Part shown: piece by piece, positions 43,601-52,900 of the stretch
How positions within the stretch are numbered: the stretch's first letter is position 1
How the letters are laid out: every line of letters starts with the position of its first letter
From: a virus
Lineage: Duplodnaviria; Caudoviricetes
IMG/VR virus record: IMGVR_UViG_3300050142_000050
Span: 64,001 to 128,000 of that record
Direction: 5' to 3' (one strand)
Length of the DNA stretch: 64,000 bases
Translations under genes and position numbers: made by a program
Notes under the pieces: model-generated
Told to the model about the DNA's origin: nothing
Database searches by the model: none
What the model saw: only the letters and a program-made list of their open reading frames with translations

Positions 43601-45303
43601 GTGACAGCCTGGCGAGTCAGGATATACTCAGTACCACTGATCGTGATCGTACCATCCTTCGAGATGGTAGGACGAGAGAACTTGATGGTGTGAGACCTAC
43701 CATCGATATCCCGCATGGACACCTTGTAGGTGGTCGTCTTATCCATCTCAGTGCTGTGATGTTCTTCCTCGATATGAGTGATGAACAAACCATGCTTAGC
43801 CGTAGAAGCCAGTACCTTCGCCAGATCGGCATGGTACATCTTCTCCTGATAGGCCTTATCGATAGCCACCAATGTGGACTGCTTGTGAGACTCCTCAGGA
43901 GCTCCTGTCAAGAAGTCCATCTTCTTGGGCTTAAAGCTCTCAGGAGGCTGCTCCTGGATCAGCTCACTCAAAGTCTTACCACCGATGGTTACATTGAAGT
44001 GATTGTCCACTAGCTCTCGTTTACGAGCTTCCTTCTTGGGTTCGACAGCCACCTTCTCAGCGACCACCTTGTCCACATGCGTACGGATGTGATCTTCGAG
44101 CTTAGTATCCTGCTCACCCAATTCGATCGGTCTTACCACCACCTGCGATACAGGAGTGGTATGGTCGTCATGGAGATAACCACCAGCAGCATCAGCTGGA
44201 TCATGCTTTACCGCGAACTTGTCTTCTTTGGGGAGCTCTTTGACCTTCTCCTCGATAGGAGCACTCGTCTCACTGTCGATGATACCCTGCTCTTCGATCT
44301 CACCTGTCTCTTCATGAGGATCAGTCTCCATATCGATGAAGTCACCACTGGGATGACGCAGTGTCATGAAGTGTGTGTAAAGCTTCCCAAAGAAGCCAGG
44401 GTCATTAGAGAACTCGATGATGTCACCCAGGTTATAGATGACTGCCTTCCTACCCTTGTACAGGACGATGTTGATCACCTTAAGGACATCCGTCGGAATT
44501 CGCTCCAGGAGCGACGAGGAGCGCAGGTCCCGTAAGGATGGGTGATCCTTACCCAAGAGCTTAAGATCCGTCTTATACGGCGTCACATTCAACCTACGGC
44601 TACGTCCTAGGACATATCCCAAGATATGCACCAAAGGAAACAGCGTGGGATCATGACGCAGTTTAGCCATGGTCGAATTCGACAGCTCTTTTGCAGCTGC
44701 GACAAAAGCAGCCTTCGTCGTCGTGCCCTCATTCTGAGGTAGGAACAAAAAGTGCTGACATCCAGTACCGATCGATTCGATCGAGTTCAAGATAGTGCGG
44801 AAGATCACATCGAACTTGCGATACTCCTCATTGACACCCGGCGTCTTGAGATACATAATCGGCGAATAGTCGACACGCGTGATCGTCCCAGGCATGGTCC
44901 CGATAGTGCGAGGTACCATGATCTTCTTATAGTCACGGTGATGCTGATACCAATAACTGATACCCGCCATCATCGGAGTAGGACGGAAGACCAGATTCTC
45001 CTTCACTGGGAGAGGCTTCGAATGCTCATCTGCGATCTGATTGTAGATCAGGATATAGCGAGGAGCCTTAGCCTCATCGATCGGACTGAAGTGAGGAGTA
45101 GGGAGACAATCACCCTCAGGTTCGAGAGTCTCCATATTTCCGATAGTGTGGACCACCGACCCGATAGGCATGGCCAGCTCTGTGAAGTCATCGATCTTCT
45201 TAGGAGCCTGTCCTATACGCCGGGTATGAAACATCGTGTAGAAGCGCTGGTAGGAGATGCGCATAGCCTCCATACCCAGCCCGGTAAAGGGGTTAAAGTC
45301 CAT
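40693..45303 (-). CDS. Virion RNA polymerase beta-like subunit (phiKZ gp178-like)
   Basis: 1536 aa; beta-type motifs SDAVPDSGKVG, DDGKRASY..IQISH, NHEDACEI and GDKLCFGNANKAII; synteny with beta' and tape-measure genes. Confidence 0.9.
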   Translation of the reverse strand: MDFNPFTGLGMEAMRISYQRFYTMFHTRRIGQAPKKIDDFTELAMPIGSVVHTIGNMETLEPEGDCLPTPHFSPIDEAKAPRYILIYNQIADEHSKPLPVKENLVFRPTPMMAGISYWYQHHRDYKKIMVPRTIGTMPGTITRVDYSPIMYLKTPGVNEEYRKFDVIFRTILNSIESIGTGCQHFLFLPQNEGTTTKAAFVAAAKELSNSTMAKLRHDPTLFPLVHILGYVLGRSRRLNVTPYKTDLKLLGKDHPSLRDLRSSSLLERIPTDVLKVINIVLYKGRKAVIYNLGDIIEFSNDPGFFGKLYTHFMTLRHPSGDFIDMETDPHEETGEIEEQGIIDSETSAPIEEKVKELPKEDKFAVKHDPADAAGGYLHDDHTTPVSQVVVRPIELGEQDTKLEDHIRTHVDKVVAEKVAVEPKKEARKRELVDNHFNVTIGGKTLSELIQEQPPESFKPKKMDFLTGAPEESHKQSTLVAIDKAYQEKMYHADLAKVLASTAKHGLFITHIEEEHHSTEMDKTTTYKVSMRDIDGRSHTIKFSRPTISKDGTITISGTEYILTRQAVTLPICKISDSEVSLSSHFGKVLVSRVESKRNSFEHVIIAHILKLRAEGMLTAQVGKAEDPVKPLPYDYSAISKGFTEITVGGMTFYFGQDGAPITDRMSAIQKVATSLSSKFGIFVGITSDMELLFWDFKNSIRKVSHKGEELSHWKSFNQLLVDVLGSEAGLQKQVNEYTLVSFPGEKIPLVFTLGYEMGLENLFKKINLQYRFYSSGNRPVIGIDDISIRFADGFLVFNRYPLQRSLIAAGLTWADLKDINFKDLNFPAPYTKVLVSKKMKPGTIQTVTQFVDFFVDPITETVLRDMSEPTVWSALLLRANMMVTDYYAIDTASIANHRFRKFERWNGIVYESIFKEFSRWRRTNGKKSFSINPEDVFQKIVQDATVAINDTINPIHEVKQSANYTFTGRGGRSADAITQESRIYPKDGLGIVSDAVPDSGKVGITSYLSASPNIDNVHGIPKAYKEGDELEAPQMLAIGTNVMPGGTTDDGKRASYLSIQISHYVPNHGDGETASVRTGYDAVLPHLVSDTFAIAAEADGVVESIDEKAKVLRVRYADKPIDPLRKLTLPYSDPIIDKYRKDHNFVGILVTERSLGSYPANGIFALTNSTYGKVVSRLRCDSVDGIPDRDLVRKQSQLVKALSDGSESCLYYIRLELIGTTTPGEVKSYSYKDAYSQISGAFLLQTRKVNVHVGEKIKEGDILIYNDGFFVPDPMSKQVTFKHGIIETVALCEKGSNHEDACEITRAMANRLNMTPAHQCPVVTQKNAILISTVKPGDHVDTTTPLCVISDDVMVQTELYQTQSKLDLMAKLSRQTPTAGYTGTVSKLRILYACDRNELSDSLKSILKVYEKEERQQNAALSAIPGSKISERPGYVAPGTYYKGIEFTEDTVLLEYMIQETLTAEAGDKLCFGNANKAIISHVSEESHYTESGVPVGALFSLTSIINRIVKSPLLGIAERNMEVGKAKLVDIFFNG

Positions 45304-45359
45304 ACTACCCTCTTATTGTGAGATAAATATCATACGATGAGTAGAGTTAGATAGAGGAT

Positions 45360-45389
45360 ATAGACTGGGGCCATGTGGCCCCAGTCTAT
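45360..45389 (-). terminator. Terminator hairpin at the end of beta' exon 2
   Basis: ATAGACTGGGGCC-ATGT-GGCCCCAGTCTAT, abutting the exon-2 TGA. Confidence 0.75.
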
Positions 45390-45565
45390 CAATCCAAACT
45401 ACCAGGTTCTGTATAGGTGAGATTGTGCAACCAAAGATCGATAAGGTAAGTACTCCCACCTGTCACGAACCTTAGGTCAGTATTGATCACACTCGAAATA
45501 CCACTGAGGTAATCCCGGTTCTCCTCATTGGCATCTTTAGTGTACAAAAACTCGATGGAAACTTT
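45389..45565 (-). CDS. Virion RNAP beta'-like subunit, exon 2
   Basis: Reads KVSIEFLYTKDANEENRDYLSGISSVINTDLRFVTGGSTYLIDLWLHNLTYTEPGSLD*, in frame with exon 1 after splicing. Preceded by an intron-terminal G. Confidence 0.85.
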   Translation of the reverse strand, partial: KVSIEFLYTKDANEENRDYLSGISSVINTDLRFVTGGSTYLIDLWLHNLTYTEPGSLD

Positions 45566-47373
45566 CCTGATGTTCAGCAGTGCTCGTTAGACACTACCCG
45601 TCCTTTCTTCCTTAGGAAAAGAGGACTGCTTACACTCTCGTGTAAGAGCAGACTATATCTTCACCCTCTCGTTGGAGTAGGGTGCTCCCCATTTCGGGAT
45701 CACTCGATCCCTACACCGTGGCAGGTGGTTAGTCGTTGAGCACATCGCATGACCTATAGAGGCTTTAGCGACTTCGCTGCGGATTTTCTCTATCTCTGTA
45801 ATTTTTACCATCTCGATGTGATTAGCATCGCCCCTCACTATCTAGTTTCCTAGGTGGGTTGGTATACAGAGCCTAACGAGACGTTCCCGCAATTAGAGGA
45901 GATTCACTTTACCATCTCTGATAAAGAGGACATCGCTTATTGCATAAAACACGACTTTACTTCAATGACAGGAAACTTCTTTAGGTCCACATGCTGGATA
46001 TTCCAACTCCTCCAGCGCATGGTACCATCACTCGACTTAAGCATCCGGGACATTACCGCCGGATCACAACGCTTCTCTCGATCCTCATTACACCACTCCG
46101 TCACACTGGTGTAATATCTCACTACTCCATCGCCCCCTACGATATTCAGAGGACGATCCGTCGCCTTAGTCCGATCGAAGATATCTAAGACCTCCTCAGG
46201 ATATACAGGCCACTTCACGAGCTCGCCTTCTTCTGCGAGGCGGAAACCCATACCCTTCCAAGGTATGACTGTCTCATACATCAACAGACGATCGAGCACA
46301 TAGTGACGCATCCCATACTTCACCGCTACCTCAGAGCGATTCCCCATGGCGAGCACTCGATGGGTCTTGAGATCCATCACCACGATTGACTTATCGGCCT
46401 TATCGCCGATACGACTCGGATTACGAGACAACTCCTCCCAACTGCGCGGATCATCAGCCTTCTTAAAGATATACCCATGGAAAGGCTTCCCATCAGTAGT
46501 CCTCCGCTCCACCGCCTGGTGAGCACTTTGAGGAGACACACCGAGGAGCCTCGCCATCTCATGGTATCCACCCACCACGAACTCCTGCCCATCACTCAGC
46601 CTCCTGAGGAGTATCTTCTTCTGAGTCTCACCCCGCACACCATCAGTGAAGGCATGCATGTTGTTATCAGAGTAAGTAGCCCACTCGAGATTTCGGATGG
46701 TGTTATTGAGCTTATTGGAGTCCTTATGGTTGACCGTAAGATGTTCAGTGTCCAGAGGATGATCCAAGAAGGTGAGAGCCAACAGTCGATGGAGACGTTG
46801 TTGCTTACCATCGATTTTAACAGTAGTCTCCATATATCCGTTTCTCGGAGAGACACCGACGGGATACTTGTCGACGTACCGTCGCAACTCAGGACCACGT
46901 TCTACAATCCTTATTTCCAAGGACACCCCAGGTACCTTGAACCACACTCCCAGTGGGATGTGTTCTCCTATCCTCTCACGGACTCTATACTGACGATAAT
47001 CCCATTCGAGATTTTCTATCCGGAGATCATCACGATTCCCATTTCGGAAAGACACCGACAACCACTCAGGATCCTTGTCGGTCGGCTTATACGTTATCAG
47101 CATCAGCCTATCGAGCGGGTGCGAAGAAGGCTTGTGACTTTTACCACGGATCTTAACTGCACGTCGACAGTGTCGACTGATGTATTCTTTCTGAACCTCT
47201 CCGGTAGATATCAGCGTGACGACTGCATCTTCGGAGATGTCATATAGAGGATTTGTTGGAATTCTCATAATTCACCTAGTTGTTATTTCACCATATAATA
47301 CTAGGTAAAATTTTCACACCTTTTTACAAGGGTATTTTCCTGTCAATTATCGTGTTCTATGCACTAAGGTCAA
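45566..47373 (-). mobile_element. Group I intron (about 1808 nt) with an HNH ORF
   Basis: Minus-strand core: P AATTGCGGGAA (45884-45894), Q AATCCGCAGC (45776-45785), R GCTCAACGACTA (45730-45741), S AAGATATAGTCT (45650-45661). 5' exon ends in U; intron ends in G. Confidence 0.92.
45937..47268 (-). CDS. Intron-encoded HNH homing endonuclease
   Basis: LHRLLALTFL...VNHKDSNKLNNTIRNLEWATYSDN motif, a degenerate upstream copy, and C-terminal NUMOD-like segments. Confidence 0.92.
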   Translation of the reverse strand: MRIPTNPLYDISEDAVVTLISTGEVQKEYISRHCRRAVKIRGKSHKPSSHPLDRLMLITYKPTDKDPEWLSVSFRNGNRDDLRIENLEWDYRQYRVRERIGEHIPLGVWFKVPGVSLEIRIVERGPELRRYVDKYPVGVSPRNGYMETTVKIDGKQQRLHRLLALTFLDHPLDTEHLTVNHKDSNKLNNTIRNLEWATYSDNNMHAFTDGVRGETQKKILLRRLSDGQEFVVGGYHEMARLLGVSPQSAHQAVERRTTDGKPFHGYIFKKADDPRSWEELSRNPSRIGDKADKSIVVMDLKTHRVLAMGNRSEVAVKYGMRHYVLDRLLMYETVIPWKGMGFRLAEEGELVKWPVYPEEVLDIFDRTKATDRPLNIVGGDGVVRYYTSVTEWCNEDREKRCDPAVMSRMLKSSDGTMRWRSWNIQHVDLKKFPVIEVKSCFMQ

Positions 47374-48900
47374 ATCGCCGTCATGATCGGCACCCATAGC
47401 TGCCATCTTACTCGGATGGACCATGGCTGCATCCATGAATGCATTCTTGAGAATTGGGTATTGCTTCAGGGTGGTACTGAAACTACCACCAGAGACCAAG
47501 TCCACCAACTGCACCGCTCGGGACGGTGTCGTCGATACCACATGGACTCTACCTGGATATGTAGAACCCTGTTCAATCACCGGATAACGGGTGACTAGAC
47601 AGTGTGCTCCATTACTGCTCACCTCAGCTACGATGTAAAGCATCTCAGCATAGGTGATAGGTCTGATCTTCTTCTTGTCGATAGGACGAGGCCATCCGTT
47701 CTCCAAGTCGACGATACTGCGGAACAGTGCGATTTCATCACCCTCGTCATATACGAAGAGGAGTGCATATTTGTCACCTGTTATATCCTCGATCATGACC
47801 GGTGAACGTCGTAGTTCCACGTTTCGGAAATCGTTGAAGATATCCTCATTACCAGAGGTGGTCATCCACTTATCACGGACTGGCGAATCTACTCTGGTGT
47901 ATACCAGCTCGAAAGTCTTTGGATCACTCAATGCCACATTGGTAGTGGTCTCGGCTTTGAAGATAGGAGTCGAGAAGATCTGTCGCAGATTGAAGGCTGC
48001 GATAGGAGTGAGTCCCTTGACAGTCTGGTAGATACCCACCATCACGTCGTCAGCTCCCAGGAGCTGTACGTCTTCTGGGGAGTTGGCTAGGAAGGGAGCA
48101 GCGGTGATCACATTACGAGTACCACCAGCCACATGGCGGCGTGCGAAGTTGCTCTGGATGAAACCGCGCTTACCATCGAGGAAGTTCTCGATATATTCGT
48201 AGATCTCCTGAGCTTTGGACTGGAGCTGCCATCTCACTGGATCATAGAGAGGTGAGTTGGATCCACGAGGGATAGCTCTGGTGTACATCTGTAGGGAATT
48301 GTAGAGCTTGTTGATCTCATCCTGGATCAGTCGACCAGAACTATCATTGGCGATATCACGCAGACCTGCTGGTATCACGATATGCCGATCAAACTCTGTG
48401 ATCTTCTGATACTTGAGGATCACCTCGATGTTTTCATCTCGTTTGCTAGAACCAGTGCGAGGGAACTCGATTTCATGGAAGTGACTCATGAAGAAGGAGT
48501 AGCCAGTATCGGCTTGATCATTCTCAAGAGGATCACCTGTGAACCGAATGAAGTCATTCTTGACACGATCAAAGATCGCATACTCAGCGCCAGACATGAT
48601 GTCCTTATAGAGGCGCTTGAGCTTACAGAGGATGGCGAAGATCTTGGGATGGAGGATCCTGGTACCCAGATCGATCCACCCGAATTTGAGCATGCGATCA
48701 GGGGAACCTACTTGTCCGAAGATCTCTTCGGAGTAAAGACCTTCTGCATGGTAGATAGAAGTCGATGGTTCAAATACCATCGAGCTAGTTACCTGACGAG
48801 CTCTCTTCTCATGGATGAACTGATTGACATCCATGATTCTGATATTGACAGGATCATCGATTGTCCCGATATCCCCAGGTAGACGTTCGGTAGATACCAT
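47374..48900 (-). CDS. Virion RNAP beta'-like subunit, exon 1 (phiKZ gp180-like)
   Basis: GLYSEEIFG, GKRGFIQ, TRYP and the catalytic GADHDGD at the exon end. Spliced product is about 567 aa. Confidence 0.9.
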
Positions 48901-49027
48901 AAATCACCTTTGTGATTGAGGCTCTCCTCAACAGAGTCGAGCATAAATGTAATGCGGCCAGGGCCGATCATACTATTGACTCCCCCCGGATAGTGATACT
49001 ATCTGAAGGAAAAAAGAAAGACGACCC

Positions 49028-49957
49028 ATGTCAGAAGAACCAAAAGCATTCGATCCTGTTTTACAGCAGAAGATCAATGACGAGCGTCTGGCTAAGACCT
49101 TCTTCACTCCAGACTTCATCTATGTCGATCTAGTCCTATTCAAGGACTTCAACCTAGGAGCTATCCTCTACGAGGGTTACCTCCAGGGACGTGGGGTGTT
49201 TGAGGAATACACCCAGGTCATCAAGGACAAGATCGAGAAATACCAGACTCGTCGCTATGACACAGTCGGTAACCTATTTGCGACGATAGGGTTCAATGAC
49301 AAGCGGATCGAGTCCCTACTCTCCGATAAATCGAAACACCTATCACAATTCATATTCGCCCCCCAGACCAACTTCCTGATCTACTTCATCAGTCATATGG
49401 CTCGCAATAAGAACCATTCGGCTCCTGCTGAGAAGTTCGAGAAAGTCAAGATCGATGAAGGTAAACACATCCGTAACTACGATGAGGTAACAGTCCTCAT
49501 CAACACATGGCCCTTGACTCTCCCTGAGAATGTGATATACGCATTCGGTGAGACGCTAGGTAGTGAGTTAAGCGTGAACATCTTGATGATGAACAAAGAC
49601 CCATCTACGTTTGATGAGGAAGATTGGACCACCTGGGTACGTAAGGTAGATTGCTTCTATAGTAATCTGATCGGTCCTATGTTGGGTAGCGATATGATGC
49701 AGAATCATCAGGCAGAACTAGACCTCTGCGGGAAGTACATGTTTGTCAGAAAGAGGTTCGAGCGTGAGTTTGCTCTTATCAATCAGAAACTGACTGAGAT
49801 TGAGTTTGAGCGCATCATCGCTGAGGACTCGTCTAAGCAGAGTATGTTGATCGACCTCGAGTGGATCGCTAATCGAGATCTGTCCTTCCCCGAATACCAA
49901 GATATACCCGACACCATTGATCCGGATGTGGAAACTACCCTCCGGAATAACCCTTAG
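49028..49957 (+). CDS. Hypothetical protein
   Basis: 309 aa, divergent from beta', upstream of the tape-measure-like gene. Confidence 0.75.
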   Translation: MSEEPKAFDPVLQQKINDERLAKTFFTPDFIYVDLVLFKDFNLGAILYEGYLQGRGVFEEYTQVIKDKIEKYQTRRYDTVGNLFATIGFNDKRIESLLSDKSKHLSQFIFAPQTNFLIYFISHMARNKNHSAPAEKFEKVKIDEGKHIRNYDEVTVLINTWPLTLPENVIYAFGETLGSELSVNILMMNKDPSTFDEEDWTTWVRKVDCFYSNLIGPMLGSDMMQNHQAELDLCGKYMFVRKRFEREFALINQKLTEIEFERIIAEDSSKQSMLIDLEWIANRDLSFPEYQDIPDTIDPDVETTLRNNP

Positions 49958-49967
49958 GAGATGACCG

Positions 49968-52900
49968 ATGGATCCGTCGGATTCCACACCTTCAACGAGC
50001 ATGGACTCCGAACTCTCCCAAGTACAAGTAGGACCTAAAGTAAGGCCTGAAAAGTACACGGGCGGTCTGGCTAAGTCTCATGCTAAACCCCACGCTGACG
50101 AACCTGCTCGTTCAAAGAGTATGTCAACCATCGACCGATTGGTCCAGAATGGCATCCTCCCCAATTCCAGACAGCGCCGTGATCAGTTCGGCGCCAAGAT
50201 GGATGCGAAGGACTCCTTTAAGATCAAGACTCTGACTCGTAAGCTCGAGCGTGAGATAACGATCCGGCACAAGACTGAGATAAACGATGGACCCTCGCAT
50301 ATGCGGGTACGTCGTTTCGACATAACCTCTCAGTCGATGCGGATGATCACGGCTAATGCTACTCTGGCAACACATCAGTTCCAGAAGACGCAGATGCTGC
50401 CTTATATGCGCAAGAGCCTGGCTCTGAGCTATAAGAAGGTAGAGATCCTCCGGGCAATCAATGCCAGTATCCAGACCATGCATCGCAGTAGTCTTGAGAA
50501 GCTCGAAGCTATCAAGATGAATACAGCAATGCGCGACGCAGGTAAGGGAGGCATATTCAAGAGGCTCAAGGACTCCGTCACTGATCGAGCTCTGTTCAGA
50601 GTAGGCGACAACATCGCAGCAGCGTATCTCGATCGATACGACCAGATGTATGTCAAGCATATCTCACCACGTCTCGCTCGCTTGGAGCAACTCTTCAATC
50701 GTGATGGTGCGAAAGGTACTGTCAACGGGGTAGGTCGTACCCTCCGAGGTACCCTCAATCGTCAGCGCGGTAAACTCCGCAATGTCAGTAACTCGACAGG
50801 TGACACCCATGGTAAGTGGACCAAGCGTGCGGCTGGTCTGGGTGCACGAGTCCTCGATACTGCCGTTAAGGTAGGTCAGAAGACAAAGCTTCCTGGTTTT
50901 GTAAATACCATCGCGACTGAATCTGTCAGAGATCACACTTCGGTGTGGGGATCACTACGACCTCTACAGACGAAGTTCGACCAGAACAAAGATGACGATG
51001 ATCTACATTCCAGCAATAAGGTCGTCGACGTCCTACAGCGCACTCGCGTCGACAATGAACGATACTTCGCGAAGTCTCTTACCCACTTAGCCAATCTCGA
51101 CCGCATGGTCTCTGATATCCGCAATATGGGTAAGAGTGGTATCGGACCATCCTCAGACATGACGCCTGACTTCGACCTCGGTGGAGATAAGGGAAGACCC
51201 AGTGCTTCACCTTCACAGCCAGCACAATTTGGTCCTCCTAAGCCTGGTATGTCGGTACGTGCACGTCGTCGGTACGAGAAGGCGAAGAAAGACTTCGAAC
51301 AGCGTCAGCGTGGTACAGGTGGTGCAGCGAACATTCGTAATCGCATCCACAGCGTCAACGAGACTCTCAGAGATCGTCTTGAATCCATGCGAGCCCTTCG
51401 CGAAGAACGCAAGGCTCAAGGGAATACCAAGAAAGAAGAATCTGCTGAGGATGCAGCGGCGCGTGAGCACGCTCGTGAGTTAGCAGCTGAGAAAGCCAAG
51501 GCTCGTCGTGAGCGTGAACTCGAGAAGAAGCGCATCCGCGATGAACGTCGTGCAGCTGCTGCCGAACGCACTGCTAAGGGTAAAGCTCGCAATGACTATA
51601 TCCAGACCAGTAAGGTCTCTGAGGCAACCAAGAACCGATTCAGAAACGGTTTCACCGAGACAGGTCTCAATGCCAAGAAACCACCCAAGGCTCCACGCAA
51701 GACGATAAAGCAACGAATCGGCGGTTGGGCTGCTTCTAAGTTCGAAGGACCTGGTGACGATTATGGTCTGCTAGGTAAGGCTTGGAACCTTTCATCGAAC
51801 TTGGGTATCAATCGTGCGACAGGTAGAGGCGCTCGTAAACTCGGCCGAGGACTCTGGAAGGGCACTAAGTGGGCCGGTAAGGAACTCGTCAAGTCGCCCT
51901 GGACCGCAACGAAAGGTGCATGGCGCGCCACAAAGGTCGCCGGTAAGGTGGCCGTCAGCGCTACCAAGACCGCTTGGAGCGTCGGGAAGACTATCGCTAA
52001 GTTGGGTAAGGGGGGTGTCGGTATCGGCCTCGCTGGTGCAGGCGTCAACTATCTGTCCGATAAGTATCTGACAGGTGGAGCCAAACGTGCTGGTAAGACA
52101 CTGGGTACGGCGATGGAGTATGGCTCCATCGGTTTCATGCTTGGTGGACCTGTCGGCGCAGCAATCGGTGCCTCTGCTGGTGTCCTCATCGAGAACTTCG
52201 ATGTGGTCTCCCACTATGCCAAGAAAATCGGTATCGACTTCGCAGCGATCGGTCGAGGTATCTCCAATGCAGCGTCCTATGTCTGGGAAGGCACTAAGGG
52301 TGTTGTCAAGGGGATGTGGACCGGTCTTGTAGGTCAGGATGCAGAGTACGATTGGACTGGTCGTGTTAAGAAGCAGGAGAAGCCATCCATCGTAGGTCGC
52401 ACCATCGGATTCTTCTTCGGTAGAGATGCCAAGAAGGATCGCTTCGGTAACATCGTAGATGCGGGTCAGACATCCGTATTCGGACACATTAAGAATGGTT
52501 TCACGAAAACCTTCTTTGGTGACAAGGATAAGGATGGTACGTTCAAGCCTGGTACCTCGATTATTTCGATGATCAAGGACAAGGCAGGTTCGATCCTCGA
52601 TACATTCTCACAGGCGCTGACAGGTATCGGCAACTCGATCGCCAACTCATCGGTGGGTAAGGCAGTCCAGACTGCTTATAACACCACAGCCGGTGCAGTA
52701 CAGCAGACAGCTGGGGATATCGTCCAGGGGGTACAAGGTGCCGTCGGGGCGTTTACCGGTCTGAAGCCTGGTCAGAAGGCGACACGAGCTGACCGCAACA
52801 ATAATCCGGGTAATGTGATTGCGAATAAGTGGACTGCTACACTACCTGGTTACGTAGGTAGTGATGGTAGGTTTGCTATCTTCGCTTCTCCCGAGCATGG

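Noticed and set aside
47347-47373. C-terminus LTLVHRTR* given for beta' in the ORF track
   Set aside because: This is read-through into intron sequence; the true C-terminus is exon 2.
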